The translations under genes and the position numbers were made by a program. 55,841 nt of DNA from a virus (Duplodnaviria; Caudoviricetes). Each line of letters begins with the position of its first letter. The first letter of the stretch is position 1. Below, one piece after another: positions 36,070 through 44,636 of the stretch. The notes beneath the pieces were generated by a model. The model did not search any database. It saw nothing but the letters and a program-made list of their open reading frames with translations, and had not been told where the DNA came from. The DNA lies in the IMG/VR virus record IMGVR_UViG_3300037339_000150, positions 1-55,841 of that record, one strand, 5' to 3'.

Positions 36070-37487
36070 TCCGGCCTCTGCTCATAGCGATAGGTGAAAA
36101 CACCGGGGAATGCGTCGGCGACCTTCCTCCACGCCGCATCTAGGTTTTTGTAGAGAGAAACCTGTGCGACGAGGCGCTCCGATTCCGACAAGGCGGCAAA
36201 CTGGTCCGGCGTCGGCACTCTTTCGCACCCCATCTCAAGGAAACGCTCGGCGGTCTGGTTCTCGGAGTCCGAGAACGAGCGATTCATGGTAAAGCGGTAG
36301 GTCCCTCTATCTGTGGTGACAATCCCAGTGACCGGAAAACCTAGCGACGCGCCCTGTCCAATCTTTCGCTCTCCGTAAACATTGTGCATGTATTGAACGG
36401 AAGCAATGTCGGTTGGCGAAGGAGGCGACTCCATCGTTGACGGGTCATCGTCGTTTGGCGGATGGTTGTGTATGACCACGATTTCTTGGTCCCTCTTCCC
36501 TTGCTTGACTATCGAGGCGAACACATCGTCCGGGATGACGATTCGCTTGTTATCCCCAACGAGGTAGCGCCGACCGTCGTCCCGAAGGGCAAGAAGGCCG
36601 GTCTTGGTGATAGCAGAGAACGCTTCGTTTCTGTCTGTGGCTCGCTCTCTGCCCCATTCCTCAATGAAGATGTCCCTATCGGTGATGACTTCGTATGGCC
36701 TATCTGGATTGTCGGGATTCGGACCGCCAACGACCTCTGCGAACTGCCCGTTGAGTCGCATCTCCTTGGCCTTGGCGTAAGCGCCGTCTCGCGCCTCTCC
36801 CCACCAGACGCGACCCTTGGCTTTGTCTTCGGCCCCGTGGAAATCCCCCGGCTGGCTCCCGCCGACCTCGCCCGGCCGTCCGGCATGATCGAAGTGCCCT
36901 GATCCGGGACCGCCTCTAGCTACCAGCCGCCGGGTCACGCCCGAGACCTCTACGAACAGCCGGTCGCCAGCCTCTTTCGGAAGCCGGGTGGCGTCCACCT
37001 GCCGGTAGTCCCCATTCCACACCACAACATCCTCGAACCACAGGGGATCGGTAGGGAACCCGTCCAGCCCGTCCAGTGATCCACGGGGGTACAAGCCGAG
37101 GGTGATATGCGGGCGGTAGATGCCGGGCGGGGCATAGGACGAGACTTCGAGGCCCAGCGCCAGCGCCCGATTGAAAATGTCGGTCTGGATACGGGGGAGC
37201 GCCGGACACGGGTCCAGCACGAGTACGAGGTAGTCGCCCCACGCCTCGACGCGCACGCCCTCCGTAGAGAACGCCAGCGGCAGGCTCATCCCTCGCAGGA
37301 TCGCCTGAGCCGTCGCGTCGTCAGGAATGTCCGAGGTCAGGAGCGTGCAGTGCAGACGCTCTCTGGGATACCACTCGGCGCTGACGCCTTGGGCTTTGAG
37401 TGCGGACTGCACACGCGTAAGCACTCCGGGGTTTGCGACCCGGAGCGCGACGCACATGACATCCGCTTCGCGCAGGATGAGGTCCAT
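36066..37487 (-). CDS. 2H phosphoesterase (2'-5' RNA ligase/Acb1 fold) + tag + JAB/MPN-like domain
   Basis: LHCTL and PHITL 2H motifs; NE...IHNHP...SPTD JAB motif. Confidence 0.82.
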   Translation of the reverse strand: MDLILREADVMCVALRVANPGVLTRVQSALKAQGVSAEWYPRERLHCTLLTSDIPDDATAQAILRGMSLPLAFSTEGVRVEAWGDYLVLVLDPCPALPRIQTDIFNRALALGLEVSSYAPPGIYRPHITLGLYPRGSLDGLDGFPTDPLWFEDVVVWNGDYRQVDATRLPKEAGDRLFVEVSGVTRRLVARGGPGSGHFDHAGRPGEVGGSQPGDFHGAEDKAKGRVWWGEARDGAYAKAKEMRLNGQFAEVVGGPNPDNPDRPYEVITDRDIFIEEWGRERATDRNEAFSAITKTGLLALRDDGRRYLVGDNKRIVIPDDVFASIVKQGKRDQEIVVIHNHPPNDDDPSTMESPPSPTDIASVQYMHNVYGERKIGQGASLGFPVTGIVTTDRGTYRFTMNRSFSDSENQTAERFLEMGCERVPTPDQFAALSESERLVAQVSLYKNLDAAWRKVADAFPGVFTYRYEQRPE

Positions 37488-37491
37488 CCTC

Positions 37492-37788
37492 TCACTCCAT
37501 TACTTCGACGCCCCACCGGACCTTCCAGCCAATCTTCGTCAGGTGCGCGACGAATGAGAATGTGATTCCCGTGACCACTTCCGAAAGCACTGGCACATAG
37601 ATCGGTGCCACCACGTTCACACCGAGCGGCCACGCAAGGAGCGAGAACACCCAACAGCCCAGACAGAAGTCGCATCCGCCCAATTCCGATAGGAACGAGT
37701 GCAACTTCCAGATGCGTCTGGTAGGCCCACTGGTCTGCAAAGTCCAGACCAGCAGGCCACCCAGTACGCCGAGAGCGACCCAGTTCAT
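37492..37788 (-). CDS. Small membrane protein (DUF1360-like CxFCxGxW)
   Basis: Hydrophobic segments and CDFCLGCW. Confidence 0.6.
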   Translation of the reverse strand: MNWVALGVLGGLLVWTLQTSGPTRRIWKLHSFLSELGGCDFCLGCWVFSLLAWPLGVNVVAPIYVPVLSEVVTGITFSFVAHLTKIGWKVRWGVEVME

Positions 37789-38348
37789 CGCACAAGCACC
37801 CAGAGGAACGGAATCCCGCCCTGCGGGTCAAAACCCAGAGGCTCGGCGACTCTCAGCTTGTATCCCTGCGTGATGTACGCATCGAGCAGGGCGTCCGCCT
37901 GAAAGCCCGTCAGCGAATCCGGTCCGCCAGCGCCGCTCAGGCGGCGCGTCATGTGCTTTGCTTGGCTGAACGTTTCTTCGCCAACACCGAGACGCCGGAG
38001 GACCCAGAGCACATTGACGCCTTCTGGCCCGTAGCCGAGGGATCGGATAGTGAGCAGGTCATAGCCAGCTTCTAGGTACTTCCCAATCTCGGCATCAGCT
38101 TGGGCACCAGACCACACTCCTATGCCGTCTCCGAACGCGGCTAGGGTGCGTACAAGGTGCTTGACTGAATAACCGGAGTCAACGCTCGACGGCGTGAGTG
38201 TTGCCATGCCCTCACTGTCGGCATCCCCGGCCATAGGCGCAGGCGTGCTCATCTCATCCTCTATGGGAGGAGTTGCAGGGCCTCCGGCGCTCGGTTCGTC
38301 CTTGGTCACAACACTTCGCTTTGCCACTTCGTTCTCCTGCCCGCTCAC
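37785..38348 (-). CDS. Hypothetical protein with internal duplication
   Basis: KHLVRTL..QADAEIGKYLEAGY..WVLRR repeated as KHMTRRL..QADALLDAYITQGY..WVLVR; coupled to the portal stop. Confidence 0.7.
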   Translation of the reverse strand: MSGQENEVAKRSVVTKDEPSAGGPATPPIEDEMSTPAPMAGDADSEGMATLTPSSVDSGYSVKHLVRTLAAFGDGIGVWSGAQADAEIGKYLEAGYDLLTIRSLGYGPEGVNVLWVLRRLGVGEETFSQAKHMTRRLSGAGGPDSLTGFQADALLDAYITQGYKLRVAEPLGFDPQGGIPFLWVLVR

Positions 38349-40828
38349 TACTTACCGAGCCACGGCATGTAGTCGCCGGTGCTCAGTTTGGACAGCAATT
38401 CTTCGCTGTTGAAATCAATCTCGCAGTGGCACACTTCTGGATGGGCGGGCGGTGTCGGCGAACGTTCTCCTGTCCGCTTCGTGAACACCGTCTCGTATTG
38501 GTAATCCATCGGGACGAAGCCCAGTTCTTCGTTGGCTTTGCAGATGACGCACGGATGCACGTTCCCGGCCTCCGTCACGCCCGTCTTGCCCCGGTGGACC
38601 CACACCTTCTGAGTCAGACCGCTCCGCGACAGTTGACCCAGCCGCCCCATGTTCTCGGCCCGATTGACCTCGGTCTCGACGATGGATTGAGTCCGGCGCT
38701 GGCTCATGTCGGTCAGCCCGCGCTGGATGAACTCAGCCACATCGCCCATGAAGTCTTCCTGCGACAGTATCCAGTCGGCGGATACCCCATCTCGCAAAGC
38801 CCTTGCGATCTGCGGCCGGGCAAGCCCCTGTCTTACGCCAGCCATAACGATCCGCTTGACGTAATACTTCGTCCCGTCGTCCACCCAGCGCACAAGGTCG
38901 GCGGCGTAGTCCGACAACTGCTTCAGCGTCTTCTTGTTCACGAGGTCGAAGGACATGCCGAGCAGTTCAGGGGATGAGCGCAGACCGTCTTCGTACAGCG
39001 ACCGCACGATTGCCAGCGCCATGTCCTGCAAGCCCACGGAATACGAGCGGGCGAGGACGGCCACGATGCGGGTCTTCTCCAACTTGGAGAGCGTCCGCCA
39101 CCAAGGATCATCGGCCAAGTGCTTGTCGAGTTCCGCCTTGATGTCCTCGTTCGCCCGAATGACCACCGGCTCGTTCAGGTCGCTCGGCTCGTCAGCTTCG
39201 AGGGCCTCCATCTGCGGGAGATACCAACGCTCGATGGTCTCGTCGTCCATATTGGAAAAGATGCGCTGGACCGTGGGAACCATCGCCCGGACGGTCGCCT
39301 TGATGAGCCTGCGCACCCGAATGCCCTCGGCCTTCATCCCGATGGCCTCGATGCCCGGCCGGAAAAGGGCCTCCATGTCCGCAATCAGTTCTTCTCGACT
39401 CTTCTGGTCGGGGCGCGACTTGGAGCGGGTCAGAAGAGGGGTCAGGCCCCCACGCCCGCCATCCGACACGGGAACCTTGTCATCCTCGCCCTCCATTGGA
39501 AATGCGGGCTTGGCCCCCGGCTGTCCGCCGTTTCCGAAGGGCGATCCCGGCATCGCCCCGAACGGGCTGGGCGGAGGCGGAGGCGGCTCCTCGGGAGTGG
39601 CATCCGGGTCAATCTCGGTCCTCAGAAGGCCCTGCGCCACAATCTCGTGCCGGGCTTCGGACCGCTCAAGGATGGAGGCTGTGACCAACTGCGTCAACCC
39701 CTGCCCGATGGCGACCAGCGCCTTGCCGTTCGCCAGTTTGGTTTCGGAGTCGTCGTCTACCCAAGTGAACACGACTTCCTTGGGAAGAATGGAGTTGAAG
39801 TGGTTTTCCAGCTTGGAGCGCGCCAGCGCAAAGCCGTTGCGTCGGGTCTGGCGCTCGCCACGGATGACACCGGCCAGTGTCTTCTCTCCGCCCATCTCGT
39901 CCATGCCGATGTCGGAGAGGCGCATCCCATAGCCAGCCGCCACGATCTGCGCGTAGCGCAGGGTGATGGCGTCGTACATCATGTCGGTCGGTGGGCGGTT
40001 GAACGGAATCCAGACAGCGGGCTTATCGTGCCCGTATAGCACCGGGACCTTCATCCCGTCGATGCCTTGGAAAAGCGAGCGGAAAGAGTCCAGCCACTCG
40101 CCCGCCGATTCCTCGTCCATGTCCAGCAAGTCGAGGATGCCAGCCTCGGGGGTGTCGAGCAGGAGGTTCGAGTAATACTTGTCGCCCCGGAACAGCATCT
40201 CGATGGCGAGGTAGACCTTCTCCGGCGGTGCCATGCCCCAGCCCGAGCGCGTGATTTCCGGGCGAGGCGACATGAACATGCGGGCGATGTTGTGCTTTGG
40301 AAATAGGACTGTCCGGCCCGGAACTTCCTTGACCGACTGCATCACCGGGAAGTCGGGGTTGGCGGTCGGGATCAGGGTCCCGCCGTCAACGTGCTCGATC
40401 CACACTACCGGGCCTTCTGGGTCATCGTTCTCGCGACCGATTTCAGCCGCCGCTCCAAACGGCAGGTCGAGCATGTCCTGAAGCATCAGTTCAACGTAGG
40501 TGTCGAAGTCGCCTTCGGCGTGCTCCAAGAGGTCGGTGTAGAAGTCGATGGCCTCGCGCACGTCTTCCCGGCCCATGTCCTTCGACTTCTTTGCCTGAAG
40601 CGTCCAATCCATCGAGAGCACGTTGTTGATGAGGGTGTCGCGGCAGATGACGGCGATGGACTGATTCTTGACAAAGGATCGCCAGCGGTCGGCCTGCAAC
40701 CATTGGGGAGCGCCCCAGTAGGGCACCCAGCGGTAGAGGTAGTGTTCAAGCTGGACGGCCTTCTGGCCCTTCGGGTCAACTGGCTCGCTCGGTACGTCCA
40801 GAGCCTTGCTAGGCTTGTCGTTCGCCAT
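38348..40828 (-). CDS. Portal protein fused to MuF (Mu gpF/SPP1 gp7-like) head morphogenesis domain
   Basis: Start re-assigned to ATG 40828 (GGAGG RBS), 826 aa. Follows TerL; portal-like N-half (GWGMAPPE, PEAGIL, AGYGM); MuF C-terminus IVETEVNRAEN...KVW...CVIC...PPAHP.CHC. Confidence 0.88.
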   Translation of the reverse strand: MANDKPSKALDVPSEPVDPKGQKAVQLEHYLYRWVPYWGAPQWLQADRWRSFVKNQSIAVICRDTLINNVLSMDWTLQAKKSKDMGREDVREAIDFYTDLLEHAEGDFDTYVELMLQDMLDLPFGAAAEIGRENDDPEGPVVWIEHVDGGTLIPTANPDFPVMQSVKEVPGRTVLFPKHNIARMFMSPRPEITRSGWGMAPPEKVYLAIEMLFRGDKYYSNLLLDTPEAGILDLLDMDEESAGEWLDSFRSLFQGIDGMKVPVLYGHDKPAVWIPFNRPPTDMMYDAITLRYAQIVAAGYGMRLSDIGMDEMGGEKTLAGVIRGERQTRRNGFALARSKLENHFNSILPKEVVFTWVDDDSETKLANGKALVAIGQGLTQLVTASILERSEARHEIVAQGLLRTEIDPDATPEEPPPPPPSPFGAMPGSPFGNGGQPGAKPAFPMEGEDDKVPVSDGGRGGLTPLLTRSKSRPDQKSREELIADMEALFRPGIEAIGMKAEGIRVRRLIKATVRAMVPTVQRIFSNMDDETIERWYLPQMEALEADEPSDLNEPVVIRANEDIKAELDKHLADDPWWRTLSKLEKTRIVAVLARSYSVGLQDMALAIVRSLYEDGLRSSPELLGMSFDLVNKKTLKQLSDYAADLVRWVDDGTKYYVKRIVMAGVRQGLARPQIARALRDGVSADWILSQEDFMGDVAEFIQRGLTDMSQRRTQSIVETEVNRAENMGRLGQLSRSGLTQKVWVHRGKTGVTEAGNVHPCVICKANEELGFVPMDYQYETVFTKRTGERSPTPPAHPEVCHCEIDFNSEELLSKLSTGDYMPWLGK

Positions 40829-40944
40829 TGGGTGCCTCCGCCGCTTCCAGACGCGTTGAGTCGGAGAAGAATATGCCTTCCGACAAGGATAGCATAGGCT
40901 GTTTTCGTCCCTTGTGGAAGGATAAACGCACCATACCCCCAGAC

Positions 40945-42639
40945 TCAAACATGCTTGAAACTCACCTTTCTGAATAGCCGGGTGACGCCGGTCTCGTGGT
41001 TGAAGGCGGTCGAGGAGGCGTCCACCATGTCGTCGTGCTTCCCGTAGGGGAAGTTGGCGATCTGGTCGAGATACTTCTTGTTCCACGGCCCCCGGAGCAT
41101 GACGACGTTCCCGGCGTTGACCTGAGCGGCCAGCGGCGAGGCCCGCACCCGCTTGTCGCCGGACGATGGGATGCCTTCCACGTCAAAGCCCTTGAGGAGC
41201 TTGGTGTACCGGCCAACCTGCGCCTTGCCAGACTGCCCCGGCTCCTGCTCCAAGCGCACCTTCACTGCCACCCCGTCGATTTGCGCCGTTTGGAGCATCA
41301 GCGTCTCTACATGCTCAGGCCCCAGCCGGTCGTTCGTCACGTCCAAGATGTAGGTCTTGTCCTTGAAAACGACCGTCAGCGCCGAAGCTGTGGAGTCCGG
41401 GTCTGGCTTATCCACGTCCTTTTCGGTCGCCGCCAAGTCCCAGAACCGCGTGCCGCGCTTCACCCGCACGATTTCAGGGAAGGCCAAGGCGTCAGTAGCG
41501 TCCCATGTGACCTCTGCGACCTCGGCGGGAACGGCATTGACAATCTCAATGCGCCCGACCTTGAACATCGAACCCTTGGGCGGCGTCGGGTTCTGTTGAT
41601 ACTCGGCGTTCCAGACGTATTCGCCCAGCTTCTCACGCAGGTCTTCAAGGTACTCCCGGCCGTAGCGGCTGGGAGCCAGCGGCTCACCCTCCGGCCGATT
41701 GAGAATGTCGCCCTCGCCCAATGACAGCGCCGGATACGTCAGGACCTTCCATGCTCCGCCTTCCTCGATCCTGCCTTCGTTGGCGAGGATGCGGGCGGCG
41801 AGGTCATCTTCGTGCCATCGGGTCATAATGAACAGGAGGCTGGCCCTCTGCCAAAGCCGGGTCGTGAACGTGCCGTTCCACCATGCCCAGACGCTTTCCC
41901 GCATGGTCTCCGACTGTGCCGCCGCCCAGTTCTCCACGGGGTCGTCCACGATGCCCAGCCCGAAGCCGTGCCCCGTGATGGCCCCGCCCACTCCGACCGC
42001 CAGACAGTAGCCCTTGCGGTTGAGCAGGTGCCAGTCATGCTGTCGCCAGTTGGCCGGGTCCCGCATGTCTTGGAAGATGTCGAAGAACTGTTCGGTCGCC
42101 ATCACGTCGCGGGCCTGACGGCTGTTGCGGTAGGCCAGCGAGGCGGCATAGGAGACGAGGCCAATCGGCAGGTCGGGGTTGTTTGCCAGCCAGAAGCCGG
42201 GCGTCCGGGTAGACACGAGTTCCGACTTGCCGTGCTGGGGCGGGGCGAAGACCATCAACTTCGTGGACTTTCCCTCCCTAGCGTCCATTACTAGATTGGT
42301 AATCTCATCCGCAAGGTGAGCGTGGAAGCGGTCCGCCCGGTAGGCCGGATACGTCAGCTTCGTGTACGTCAACAGGTCATGCGCCGCTATCTGAACCGGC
42401 GTCTCGGTCTTGTTGATTCGGCTCTGGTCAGCCCTCATCGTCTTCATGGATTTGTGAAGGTTCTCTTGGACGACCTTGTTCTTTTCGGCTTCCACTCGGA
42501 TGCGCTCGGTGAACCATACCGCCTTGTCCTCGCCTTCGGTAACGGCCACCTGCCCGAGGGATGGAGGCTCAAGGAATCTATCGCGGTCATCGAGGTCGAT
42601 CCGTTCTGCCGGAAAGACGGTCGGAGTTCCAAGTCGCAC
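40945..42639 (-). CDS. terL: Terminase large subunit
   Basis: Walker A PPQHGKS, Walker B IVDDP, MTRWHEDDL, nuclease motifs WDLA and HDDMVDA. Confidence 0.95.
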   Translation of the reverse strand: MRLGTPTVFPAERIDLDDRDRFLEPPSLGQVAVTEGEDKAVWFTERIRVEAEKNKVVQENLHKSMKTMRADQSRINKTETPVQIAAHDLLTYTKLTYPAYRADRFHAHLADEITNLVMDAREGKSTKLMVFAPPQHGKSELVSTRTPGFWLANNPDLPIGLVSYAASLAYRNSRQARDVMATEQFFDIFQDMRDPANWRQHDWHLLNRKGYCLAVGVGGAITGHGFGLGIVDDPVENWAAAQSETMRESVWAWWNGTFTTRLWQRASLLFIMTRWHEDDLAARILANEGRIEEGGAWKVLTYPALSLGEGDILNRPEGEPLAPSRYGREYLEDLREKLGEYVWNAEYQQNPTPPKGSMFKVGRIEIVNAVPAEVAEVTWDATDALAFPEIVRVKRGTRFWDLAATEKDVDKPDPDSTASALTVVFKDKTYILDVTNDRLGPEHVETLMLQTAQIDGVAVKVRLEQEPGQSGKAQVGRYTKLLKGFDVEGIPSSGDKRVRASPLAAQVNAGNVVMLRGPWNKKYLDQIANFPYGKHDDMVDASSTAFNHETGVTRLFRKVSFKHV

Positions 42640-43463
42640 TACGATACCTCACGCGCTACGGCATCAATCGTCACTGCCTCATCTTGCTCGCCCAGTTCCT
42701 TCGTCCGGGAAGGAGATAGCTTCGGGTGGGCGGCTTCCCGCCCACCGGGTAGAACCTGCGACGCCTGCTTGTAGAAGCGCAGGCGGTCGCTGGGGTTGGG
42801 GATGTAGACCATGCAGAGTTCGAGTATCCATGAAACGAGTTCGATGAATTGGCCGGGATTGATAACCCCCGAGTTGCGGATCAGCCATTCCCTTTCGCTT
42901 TCCACCAGCTTATGATGGATGATGATGTTCTGGCGTATTTCCCCCCATGCCTGTTGTTCCAGCGCCATCGGGGCCATCGCCCGTTCCAGTACGGAAAGGC
43001 CGCGCCGGACTCTCTCTGGATCGCAGTCCATCTGAAGCGCGGCGTTGAAAACCTTTATGGCGTCCTCAACCATCCTGATCGAAACGCCCTGCTCCACGCT
43101 GTCGATGTGCGCCTGCAACTCTGAGGTGCGCGCCCCGAGCAAGGCAATCTCCGCCGCAACGGAGATGAGTTCTTCGGAGTTCATAATGCGGTCGTAGTCT
43201 TGGGAAATCTTCTTGGCGACGAAATACTTGCCGCGCTTGGGGACGTGACCGACGTTGGCTCCGTGCATCCTACAGACGGGGTAGTTCGTGACCGAGAGGT
43301 TCTTGCACTGGCGGTCAAAATCGCAGACAGGGCACTTCATCGCCTTGTCGCCGCGCTTGTAGCGGTACTGGCAACCGTTGGGGTTCCGGCAGACCTTGTT
43401 GCGGGCGTGGCACCTGACGTTGGTGTTTACTACGTCAAGCGGTATCGCCTTGCGCTTCGCCAT
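42639..43463 (-). CDS. terS: Terminase small subunit (putative)
   Basis: Coupled upstream of TerL; Cys-rich N-terminus with CRMHGA (HGG-like motif) followed by a helical region. Confidence 0.65.
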   Translation of the reverse strand: MAKRKAIPLDVVNTNVRCHARNKVCRNPNGCQYRYKRGDKAMKCPVCDFDRQCKNLSVTNYPVCRMHGANVGHVPKRGKYFVAKKISQDYDRIMNSEELISVAAEIALLGARTSELQAHIDSVEQGVSIRMVEDAIKVFNAALQMDCDPERVRRGLSVLERAMAPMALEQQAWGEIRQNIIIHHKLVESEREWLIRNSGVINPGQFIELVSWILELCMVYIPNPSDRLRFYKQASQVLPGGREAAHPKLSPSRTKELGEQDEAVTIDAVAREVS

Positions 43464-43774
43464 AGTGAGATTGGAAATGCTGTCTCACGTCCAGCGAACG
43501 TGCTTCGCGTGGTCCGTGCCCCCGTCGCGGATACCGGGGAGGCTTCGTCATCCATCGAGCAGGAACCAGCCCGAGTGCCGTGTCCGCACCACGACCCCGG
43601 AAATCAGCTTGGCGGCGACGTACAGGGCCACGCTCCCCACTACGACGCCCGTGATGACCTTCAGGAGCAGTGCCAGCAGGAACCCAAGGTCGTCGTTTCC
43701 ACAACCTCGCTCAGGGTCGCCCGCCGTCGGTAGCATCTGCCGCTCCTCGATTGGAAATCCAGACCTTCTGGCTC

Positions 43775-43803
43775 ATCATACCGGAAACGGAACAGTATTG
43801 CAA
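43775..43803 (-). promoter_or_regulatory. Sigma70-type promoter upstream of the packaging genes
   Basis: TTGCAA-N17-TATGAT on the minus strand in an intergenic gap. Confidence 0.6.
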
Positions 43804-43817
43804 GGGGGGGGCACGAA

Positions 43818-44630
43818 TCAGCGGGCGTAGTTCTGGCGCACAGCGTCAAGGTCTTCTCGCCAGTCGGGTTGGTCGAACGTCACCCAGTTCACGCCGTCAA
43901 TTCGCCATGTCGAGGGGGAGCGGTAGACCGGCTTGGGGTCCATCGTCACTTCGAGCGCCGGGAAGTAGAACTCCACTCGTTCGAGGAACCAGTCGCTCAG
44001 GGAAACGGGGGTGAAATACTGAGCCACCTGAGGCGGGTACTTGCTGACGACGACATCCTTGTACCAGCCGTTGTCCAGAACCGTGTAGCCGCCGTAGCGA
44101 TGGCCCCTGACCAGCCCCCAGCGTTCGGCGGTCTCAAAGCCAACCTCGACCGCTTCTCCGCGGCTGACGATCACGCCGTACAGGTCTCCCCGCCGGGCAC
44201 AGTCCACCACGAGGAACGGGCCTTCCCACGTCGTCACGCCCCAGTAGGCCACATGACCTATCCAGTAGGTCAGCCCCAAGTCCGAGCACGTCGTCCCGCT
44301 CACGCCATCCACGAAGCCTTCGAGTGACAATCCCCGGACCTCGGCCGTGGCCTCCATGATCCCCGGAGCGTACCACGCCGCCTTGCCATGCACGACCGGC
44401 GGGGTCACGAGGAACCACGAGGAGTTGCGGATGAGGCCGGGTATCCAAGTCTGATGATTGCCCCAGTAGCCGTCGATGGGGTTTCCGTCGTCGCAGGCCG
44501 GGGAGTCCCACTCGTCGTAGTTGGCCGGACACCCCTTGCCAGCCTCGGTCGATCCGGCGCTGGCTAGGAACAGGCAAAGCGCAAGGATGGCGACGAGCGT
44601 CGGGGTCCGTACGCGGATTGGAAATCGCAT
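43818..44630 (-). CDS. Secreted protein, possible DPBB/3D-like cell-wall-acting domain
   Basis: Signal peptide; AAWYAPG...GPFLVVDC...AVEV. Confidence 0.6.
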   Translation of the reverse strand: MRFPIRVRTPTLVAILALCLFLASAGSTEAGKGCPANYDEWDSPACDDGNPIDGYWGNHQTWIPGLIRNSSWFLVTPPVVHGKAAWYAPGIMEATAEVRGLSLEGFVDGVSGTTCSDLGLTYWIGHVAYWGVTTWEGPFLVVDCARRGDLYGVIVSRGEAVEVGFETAERWGLVRGHRYGGYTVLDNGWYKDVVVSKYPPQVAQYFTPVSLSDWFLERVEFYFPALEVTMDPKPVYRSPSTWRIDGVNWVTFDQPDWREDLDAVRQNYAR

Positions 44631-44636
44631 AAGGGG

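Larger units (their letters stand above)
8948..36917 (-). repeat. Dispersed coding repeat: 20 copies of R-GG(P/A)GSGHxxHxG(R/I)(P/E)xxxGGS in 13 ORFs
   Basis: 63-nt copies with lower coordinates 8948, 11976, 14065, 15177, 17058, 19985, 20699, 21436, 22776, 24956, 26193, 26895, 28200, 29174, 30419, 31533, 32442, 33174, 35917, 36855. Conserved as protein, with varied codons. Confidence 0.97.

Noticed and set aside
8948-36917. Tag repeats as a CRISPR array or DNA repeat element
   Set aside because: Copies are 0.7-3 kb apart, in frame, synonymous-variable and conserved as protein; no cas genes.
8948-36917. Tag as a collagen-like repeat or intein boundary
   Set aside because: No sustained G-x-y periodicity; no intein C/S start or HN-C/S/T end.
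40829-41086. 86 aa N-terminal extension of the portal ORF (912 aa in the track)
   Set aside because: Overlaps TerL out of frame; a clear GGAGG RBS precedes ATG 40828.
43435-43736. Small ORFs between the promoter and terS
   Set aside because: Two overlapping candidates (one hydrophobic, 43548..43736); I could not decide which, if either, is real.
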